From positions 41,478,001 through 41,542,000 of the forward strand of contig OX597832.1 in assembly GCA_951406725.2 (NCBI GenBank): a stretch of DNA of 64,000 nucleotides, read 5' to 3'. The notes under the pieces were generated by a model. It saw only the letters and a program-made list of their open reading frames with translations. It ran no database searches and was not told the DNA's origin. This document shows, one piece after another, positions 55,194 to 64,000 of this stretch (its first letter is position 1; each line of letters starts with the position of its first letter). The stretch is from Octopus vulgaris (taxonomy: Eukaryota). Made by a program: the position numbers and the translations under genes.

Positions 55194-56858
55194 TTAGGTG
55201 CTGAAAAGAGAAAGAAATACAGAATTAATAAATTGATACAGAACCAAATAAAATCATATGTAATTAAGAAAATTACTTCTTTTTTAAAGAAATCACATAT
55301 TTGATAAGAAATCTTTGGTATCTTGAGAAGCAAGTTCTTTTACTAAATTGAGTGTCAGTACAGCCTGACTGGCCCTTATGCCAGTGGCATGTAAAAATCA
55401 CTCACTACACTCTCAGAGTGATTGGTGTTAGGAAGGGCATCCAGCTGTAGAAACACTGCCAGATCATATTGGAACCTGGTGCAACCTTTTGTCTTGCCAG
55501 TCCCAAGTCAAACTGTCCAACCCATGCGAACATGGAAAGTGGACGTCAAACGATGATGATGATGATGATGTAGCATCGCTTAATGAAATCACATTGTGTA
55601 GTTGTAACCTAGTGACAAGAACTGAGGGAAAGCACTTGTCAGAGACAGTGTGTAGGGTACCTTGTTATCCTCTAAGGTAGTTGCCCCAACCTATTTGGAA
55701 AATCCTTCCTGGCCCTTATTTTGTTCTATGTTGTTATTGTGATTTCTTATTATTATTATCTATTGATTAATGTGTGTTTATTGTTAATGTTGATCTCACC
55801 CTTTTACTCAATGTAAACATTTTACCGTTTCTTATTTGTTATTTCCATTTGTATTTTGGTTGTATTGTCCCATATCCCTTGAACCCTTGTGGGTCCAATA
55901 AAAGAAAGCAAATTTATTATCATTAAAGCATTTGATAAAATGCCTTGCAATATTTGTTCTGGCTTTTAACATTTTGAATTCAAATTTGGCTGAGGTTGAC
56001 TACTTTTCAATCCTTTCAAGGGTGGATAAAATACAGTACTAGTCAAGTACCGGAGTAGATGTAACCGACTAATCAATCTCCTACCAACAAAACAGCTGGG
56101 TTTGTGCCAAAACTGGAACTGGCAGAATCGTTAACATGCCAGACAAAATACTTAATGGCATTCATCCGTCTTTACACTCTGAGTTCAAATGTTGCTGAGG
56201 TTGCCTTTGCTTTTTATCTTTTTGTGGATAAAAGCACAAGTTGAGTACAGGGGTTGATGAAATCAACTAGCCCTCTCCCCCAAATTTTCAGGCCTTGTGC
56301 CTATAGTAGAAAAGATTATTAAGGATAGCGGAAAGGCAGAATAAATAGAGTGCCAGACAAAACTGCCTGGCAGTACGCGGTGAGCTGGCAGAAACATTAG
56401 CAAGCCAGGCGAAATGCGTAGCCGTATTTCGTCTGTCGTTACGATCTGAGTTCAAATTCCACCGAGGTCGACTTTGCCTTTCATCCTTTCGGGGTCGATA
56501 AATTAAGTACCAGTTACGCACTGGAGTCGATGTAATCGACTTAATACCTACGTCTGTCTTTGTTTGCCCCCTCTATGTTTAGCCCCTTGTGGGTAATAAA
56601 GAAATAAGTACTTAGTTATGTTCCTGTACAGTTTGAGTTCAAATCCTACAAGTATTAAAATATACCACTGATGTCTTTAATAGAGATCAAATCATGTATG
56701 GATAATTGGATTCCCTTTGGAGAAGCATTTTAGTTTTTGGGAGGATTTTTCCCCCTAGTTTCCATTACAATCAGACAACAATAGTCATGTACCTAATTAC
56801 ACAAAAAACCGCCCCCAAAAACAATAATATTCTAAACCCAATACAATGCTGCACTCAC

Positions 56859-57264
56859 CAAGGACTTCTTAAAAGATAGCTATATACGCATTTCAAATAA
56901 TTTAAAATCAACCTTTCTGATTGTCATAAAATACAAAGCTGCTTTAATTTCACATTCAAAGTTGTTTTTCTATTTTAAAGAGAAACTATATCTATCACTG
57001 AAGCAGCACACGTGACCTGTTGTAGTATTTTGGGAGTTTGCAAGCTGATGTTAAGTTGCGTCAAAATATAAAAAAAAATAACATAAAATCCTTGGAGTAT
57101 ACTACTTAATATTGGTTTTAGACTATTTATAGTTTTGCTGAAGAATGTATTTTTGGTCTAATTTATCACAGAACTTTTGATATATCGCTGCATTGTTAAA
57201 CCACTTTCTCGTACCAAATATATTGTGTGTGTGCCTGTACATACAGTGGAATAGTAGAAACATC
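56859..57264 (-). other. Putative 5'UTR exon of the SLC16 gene
   Basis: ttttttttttcag acceptor (AG at 57266-57265) and TTG|GTGAGT donor (GT at 56858-56857). Coding exon 1 starts with an acceptor, so an upstream exon is required. Confidence 0.45.
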
Positions 57265-60200
57265 CTGAAAAAAAAATTTATTTTTGAATTATCCAATCTC
57301 TCGTAGCTTTTATCCTGGGTATCCTAATTGTTAGGGGTTCAATGACCAGATCTTTTTAGGTCACTTTAGCTCTTGTTTTTCCCTTTCTTCCTTCATCCAT
57401 CATTCATTCGCATCTATTTTATTTTTCAAACACTATATGATACAAAAATACAGAGTGCTTTATAAAAATAACGTTTCTATTTTGACAGTGAGCCAGACAG
57501 CACTTGTTATAAATATATTATGTTAAGATAAACGAAAAGTAGCTATGGTGGTGGTGGTGGTGAGAATTGGATGGAACTGGGAACTGTTGCACCACAATGT
57601 GTAAACTGATTTCTGAAACTGTAGAAAGTGTGTGTGTATGTATGTATTTATTTATCTCTCTACTATTTCGGAACTCGAATACGTACGTGTAGGGCGCGCA
57701 CACACACACGATACAATAGACAAAAATACAAGATATATATATTCTCAGAACATGGATACACTCCATCCATCCATACATATATACCCTTATATATAAACAC
57801 ATACATATGAAGAATCACAAACGTCTTCATAGACAAACACTTCGAGACTTAAACAACGAGGGACCCTCTAAGATGTCATTTCGCATGCTAGAAATAGTAG
57901 CTAAATCTCATTCGAATCATATCCTACCATCTTGAATAAAGGGCGTAAGATGATGTAGTGCTGCATACCTTAAAAAGATAGAGTGGTCACGGCTGGAACA
58001 GCTTTGATCACAGGTCTGCTGGAGGTCAAGGTTGATGTGAGGACTGCAATGTACATGACACCACATCGAGAGAGAGCCTCTACACGATCACTCGACTTGC
58101 TAGAAACAGCAGCCAAATAACCCTCAAGTAACAGTCACCATCTTAAAAAATAAATAATGTGGTTCTGGATAGACTGTTCGGAAATGTAAGTTGGGATGGT
58201 CATGACTGGAAAGCTTTATTTATTTATTTATTTTTTTTTTTTTTATAAAAGGTCTTACTTGATTGGAGCTAACCTGGGGCCTAAGCAACTACATTACTAC
58301 ATCAGCAAACACACACATACACACAAATAAAAGCACATAGGTCGACAAACACACACAAACGCATATGCTGATGTATAATATATATATATATATATTGATA
58401 CACACCACGCAGAGAAATAAACACGCATCTGCAGAAAAACAACATATATTGTCCAATAAATATACACAGCATCAAATACACGTATCTGCTATCATCCATT
58501 CAGACACTCCACACAATGTATACATATTTCGATAAACACCGAGATATAAATAATAAATCCATCGAAAGCAGCAGCAAAATCTATTTAATAACATTTACAT
58601 CATCTCCGTGTTGTTGTTATTGCTGCGAGCCAATGGAGGAGAGCCTGTACGGAGTCGCACACCAGCTAGAAATAGCAGCCAAATCTAATCTCCTTTTTAT
58701 ATCTGTTATTAAATATATATATAGAGCACGTTGTATAATGTTCTCTTAGATGTACTGGATGAAAGACGATGGGGTAGTCATGGCTGAAACGACGTTCGTC
58801 ATATATTGGTCTGTCGTTATCAACCTGGGCTAAATGAACGGGATGTTGCTATTACATGATATATGTCACTGACTAAGCGAGTCTTTGGAACAACGGTGAC
58901 ACACACTTAGTATTTGGTTTATAGCTAAACACATACTTCCAAGAGAGAAGGCAACAATTCATTTATGAAGTGAAAAAGAAACAATTTGTGAAGTGAAAAG
59001 AAACACGGGAGGTGGAGAGAGAGAGAGAGAGAGGCCATTATTTAAGCCTATATATACAAAGACAGAATCTCTTTGAAAGCTCGTGTTGCAGTATTTATAA
59101 TTGCCCCAATAAAAATCGTTTACTTAGGACTTAGTGTTTACAAAGAGTTTATGGGCATTTGCCCACCATAAACAGTTTGCATAACAATTACTCTGTGTGT
59201 GTGTGTGTGTGTTGCAGGTGCGCGTGCATCTTAGCCCGAGTTGTTTGTGAAAATCTTCGATGTGATGCGATCAAGTTAAAAGTAACCCAATGTCGCGTTA
59301 ACACAGCAACGAATTCTAATTAGGTGCTTGGCCAAGTTTTCTTTTTAACGAGCTAGGATTATCTTACTGTGAAAATAAAGGCACACAAATACGTGTGCGC
59401 GTGCAAGTGAGTCTATTATTATATTTTGTTTCTCTCACAGTTCTCGATCTTACTTGCTTTGGTTAATTTTTGTGAGAGAGCATAGCATGATGCTGTCGAA
59501 GGTCTCACAAGGCCTCTAGCGGCGAGCTGGCACTCCGGACAAAACGTCCAGTAACATTTCGTCCGTCTTTACGTTCTGAATTCAAATGCAGCCGAGATCG
59601 ACTTAGCTTATCATCTCTTCGTGGTCGATGAAATAAAACCCAGTGTTGGCTTACAGAATGGCTGCAAAGGTGATTAAAATTATTGCTTTTCTAGACAGGT
59701 TGCCTTTACAAGGGTCTATGGCATCCTTGACTTCCTATATAAGTGATTAAATTTCAGTTTTAAACCCTCCTAGAATGGATTGATATCCTCATTATCATCG
59801 TTTAGTGTCCACTTTCCCATGCTTGCATGAGTCTGACAGAATTCATTGAGAAAGATATTCTATGGTAGGGTGCTCTTCCTATTGCCAACACTTACCTCTT
59901 TCCAAGTAAGGTAATAATTCACCATGGCCAGACATGTTTTCCAAGAAAGAGTGGAAACAAACTTTACTTGTATGAGTCTGAGGTTAATTTTACAATCCAT
60001 CACACTACCAAGACAAGGGGACACACAAGCATGGTGGCTGCCCCCTCGTTATCGAGTATGGCCATTGCACGAAGCTTAATCAATGTTGTTATCGTGCAAT
60101 GCCTGTGCAAGAAGATTTTTTTTAAAGTGAGGAAAGGCTGTGCACTGAGTCAATCCCACTCACTAAGCAACAGCAGCCATAATCCGAAAAGAAGAACAAG

Positions 60201-61009
60201 ACAACATCATTGGTAACCTCTGAGCCGCAGGTTTTATGTCGGAGTTATCCCAGTTACCTGAGTTACCTTCTCCTAGAAGGATGCCCTAACAATGGGCTTC
60301 TTTCAGTTTTCATCAGCCAAATCCACTCCTGAGGCTTTTGTTGGCTTGGGTTATAGTAGAAGACATTTGTCCAAGGTGCCTTGCAACAAGACTGAACCTA
60401 AGACCAGATGGTTTCAAAGCAAGCTCTTCTTTAACCACACAGCCATGCCTGTGTCTATATACATCTAATTATGCAGTGTGTGTGTGTGTGTGTGTGTGTA
60501 TACCTACATATGCAGCATCCTTAAGCATCAGACATAATGCCAAGAGGTATTTTGGCCACAGCTCTACATTTAGTTTAAATCATGCCAAGGTCGACATTGC
60601 CATTTATTCATTTGAGGTCCATAAAATAAAGAATCAGTTAAATACTGATGTTGATGGTATACATGATTAATTTATATATACACACACATACTTACATATA
60701 TGCATGTGTGTGTATATACATACACACAAAAATAAAATAAACAGAAAAAACCCCCCAACAGTATCAATCAATGAGTAAGCCTCTATATATATATTTTTTT
60801 ATTTGTTTCAGTCATTTGACTGCGGCCATGCTGGAGCACCGCCTTTAATCGAGCAAATCAACCCCAGGAATTATTCTTTGTAAGCCTAGTACTTATTCTA
60901 TTGGCCGCTTTTGCCGAACCGCTAAGTTACGGGAACGTAAACACACCAGCATCTGTTGTCAAGTGATGTTGGGGGGAACAAACATAGACACACAAACATA
61001 TACACACAC

Positions 61010-61053
<44 letters not shown>

Positions 61054-61811
61054 GACGGGCATCTTTCAGTTTCCGCCTACCAAATCCACTCACAAGGCTT
61101 TGGTCGGCCCGAGGCTATAGTAGAAGACACTTGCCTAAGATGCCACGCAATGGGACTGAACCCAGAACCATTTGGTTGGTAAGTAAGATACTTACCACAC
61201 AGCTACTCCTGCACCTATATTTGTCTTTCTGTTTTGTATAGCAGTTTCTGGATACACTATGTTTAAAAGAACTGGAATACCATTAATCATAAGTATGTTA
61301 GCACAGGGTTGACATAGGACTAAACAATGCCATTGCTGCCAACAACAACAACAAAGCCTCAGCAATAACAAATGTCTCAATTTCTTATGGCACAACAGCT
61401 CACATTTATGGGCATGAGAACGTGATATTTATGCTTGATAGTCAAGAACATTAAGCAATGTAAAAAAGACATAATATGGACGCGTGGGTTCAGTTGGTAC
61501 AGTTTGATTCAGTTTTTATAGAACTCATCGTGAACAACAAAAGGAGCTTGTATGCTGTGCTTAACCTGCTACAAATAGCAGCCAGATCTTACAAGTCACA
61601 CCTTATAATCTTAAAAGTAGAAAAGAGACATTGGATAAAGTTTTTTCTTGATACAAAATTATTGAAAAATTTAAAAATATGGGGACAGTTGCATCAGAAA
61701 TGCCTGATAGGTCTGCTGGATCAGGCCCTGCATGGGGTTAAACAACAAGAATTTATCTCACCAAGACTTTTAAAAATAGATGAGTATAGAAAAAAGGGTT
61801 AGTGAATAAAT

Positions 61812-62034
61812 GGTGCCATTTTAGCGTACAGTTTACCACAGTATTTGTAGTTTATACTATAAAATGACCTGATCTGGGTCATGAATAGGGTTAGGGGTTA
61901 GTGTCAGGGTTTGAGGTTAGGGTTAGGGGTTAGGTTAAGAGCTGGGGTTAGACTGCATGCTAAAGTGGAAATGGATAGCTAGAGCACGTGCTGAAGTGTA
62001 AATGGCTAAGTTGACTGCACTCTAAAGTAACACC
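61812..62034. mobile_element. MITE-like element with internal degenerate TTAGGG repeats
   Basis: Imperfect TIRs ggtgccattttagcgtacagt / actgcactctaaagtaacacc; AAT on both flanks; TTAGGG-like run at about 61886-61951. Confidence 0.5.
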
Positions 62035-62272
62035 AATTGAATCTCCCTCCCTCTTTCTTCTCTCTCATATACACACTTTGTCAAAGTTTTAAGTGTATAA
62101 GAAGTTTATATACAAGAAGCCTTTAACAGGGCATTCAACAGCAACCAAATCTTCCTCAAAACACATACACTAGTCTTTTAAAAGCAAGAATGCATTTGGA
62201 TGATATAGCCTGGGGTACACCGTGCCAAGAAAAAAAAAAAGGTAGATGAAATCCCTTTGGACACAGATCTGT

Positions 62273-62500
62273 TTAACCCTTTCGTTACCAACCCGGCCGA
62301 AACCGTCTTTTGCTCTGAGTACAAATGTCTTGTTTTCATAAGTTTTGAATTAAAATCTTCCACCGAACCTTAGTCACAATTTATATTCCTAACACTAGCT
62401 TAATGATAACTAAGTTATTTTACTAAATTCTTTGTTATATTTAAAGTAATTGAAAGAAACACAGAGCATCTCAACAGAAATACAGTAACGAAAGGGTTAA
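62273..62500. mobile_element. piggyBac-like MITE, second family
   Basis: ttaaccctttcgttacc...gtaacgaaagggttaa; relatives at 7094-7551, 28737-29270 and partly 42460-42570. Confidence 0.8.
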
Positions 62501-63302
62501 TCAGAGCCATCTTCTGTTACATACACAAACACACAGACATATACACATAAATGCAGTGTCGAAGTCAAGGACAAAAGAGGTTTACTCAAGATAAAGTTTG
62601 GTAAAAAAAAAGTGTTACGAGCTAAACCAAAATCAAATATCCAGAGGAGGATAAGCAAACATTTACAATCAGTGCTATATATAATACTATTATTAATAGA
62701 TCAGTTCACATGCCTGGAGTATGTCTCTGAATTCTAATCATGAGCAACCCGAGATGAGGAACAGCAGTGTTAGAGAAGGTGACAGATGTAATATATTTAC
62801 CAACAATTCATTTTAAAAAATAAATTGACTTCTATAGAGACAAAAAGATTGGAAAAACTGTGACCATTTCAGGCTTAAATATTTTAATCTGCTTGTTCTA
62901 TCAGTTGTATTAATTCAAGTAAACTGGAAACCTCTTGACTGACGCACGACCACAACAAGAGTAACAAATTAATGAAAGTGATATCTGTAGGACTATTGAG
63001 ATAACAAAAGTGTTGTAACAATAACTGTTTCACTTATTGAAAGGGACAGCTACTGTTGACAGAGCAATTATTAGTGTGTGTGTGTGTCTGTAATATAATA
63101 TTACTGAGGCACTCAACTATGAGGTCACTGCATCATATAGCAGAAACAGCTGTAAGCTAATGAAGTTCATAAGATAATCATCATCATCGTCATTTAACAT
63201 CCGCTTTCCATGCTAGCATGGGTTGGACGATTTGACTGAGGACTGGCGAACCAGATGGCTGCACCAGGCTCCAGTCTTGATCTGGCAGAGTTTCTACAGC
63301 TG

Positions 63303-63380
63303 GATGCCCTTCCTAATGCCAACCACTCCGAGAGTGTAGTAAAGAACACTCTTGGAGTGGTTGGCGTTAGGAAGGGCATC
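63303..63380. repeat. 35-bp-arm SINE fold-back with an 8-nt loop
   Basis: gatgcccttcctaatgccaaccactccgagagtgt / acactcttggagtggttggcgttaggaagggcatc, 2 mismatches. Confidence 0.85.
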
Positions 63381-63428
63381 ATTAATTCCTTTGTCATCCA
63401 ATTTTCTAATAATAATAATAATAATAAT

Positions 63429-63487
<59 letters not shown>

Positions 63488-63491
<4 letters not shown>

Positions 63492-64000
63492 GTTGTCCGG
63501 AAAGTTTGTGCTGATTTATAGTAGTTTACCTATTGACTTACTTTAGAACATGGTTGAGTCCATAAAATAGAATTTGACTACACCTCCATTTAGAGCACAG
63601 TTTAAGCTATCTTTTCGTGAAAGAAGGTTTATGTTCCTATAGCTTGTGTTAATTCTGTAACCCTTTAAAATGGAAGATAAGAAAGTTCATTTTCGGCACT
63701 TGGTGCTTTGGGAACCAGACAAAAGTTGCTGCAGCTTGGCTGGGATGTGTTACCCCACCCTCCATATTCACCAGATATTGCTCCTTTGGATTTCCACTTA
63801 TTCAGATCTCTGCAGAATAGTCTTAATGGTAAAAATTTCAATTCCTTGGATGACGTAAAAGGATACCTTGATGAATTCTTTGCCATGAAACCACCTCAAT
63901 TTTGGGAAGAGGGTATTTTCAAGTTAAAGGAAAGATGGAGACGCATTGTGCAACAAGATGGTTCATATTTGGTTGATTAAAAATGTAATGGCAAGTATTT
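63488..64000 (+). mobile_element. Internally deleted mariner transposon inserted in (TA)n, running off the window
   Basis: TIR ttgggttgtccggaaagtt after TA. N-terminus MEDKKVHFRHLVLWE is joined out of frame to the C-terminal TRQKLLQLGWDVLPHPPYSPDIAPLDFHLFRSL...GSY. Confidence 0.92.

Overview
Eukaryotic, AT-rich, microsatellite- and SINE-dense DNA. From the repeat families it is most likely an octopus (coleoid cephalopod) genome; this is an inference. One spliced protein-coding gene can be reconstructed on the minus strand, an SLC16/monocarboxylate-transporter-family MFS protein. It has 7 coding exons between 55193 and 13777, all GT-AG and phase-consistent, giving 1488 nt or 495 aa, plus a likely upstream non-coding exon. 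The rest is decayed LINE fragments (RTE, CR1, a REL-endonuclease type), tRNA-derived SINEs, mariner/piggyBac/hAT/pogo-like MITEs, a non-autonomous Helitron and simple repeats. Almost all ORFs in the supplied track are microsatellite or SINE artefacts. The most unusual signal is a set of short non-coding elements in or next to (TA)n/(CA)n tracts that are long fold-back inverted repeats, carry minimal hammerhead-ribozyme motifs (CUGANGA...GAAA-palindrome-NUH, some followed by AATAAA), or both. They look like Penelope-like or retrozyme-like RNA elements and lie in the introns and 3' flank of the transporter gene.
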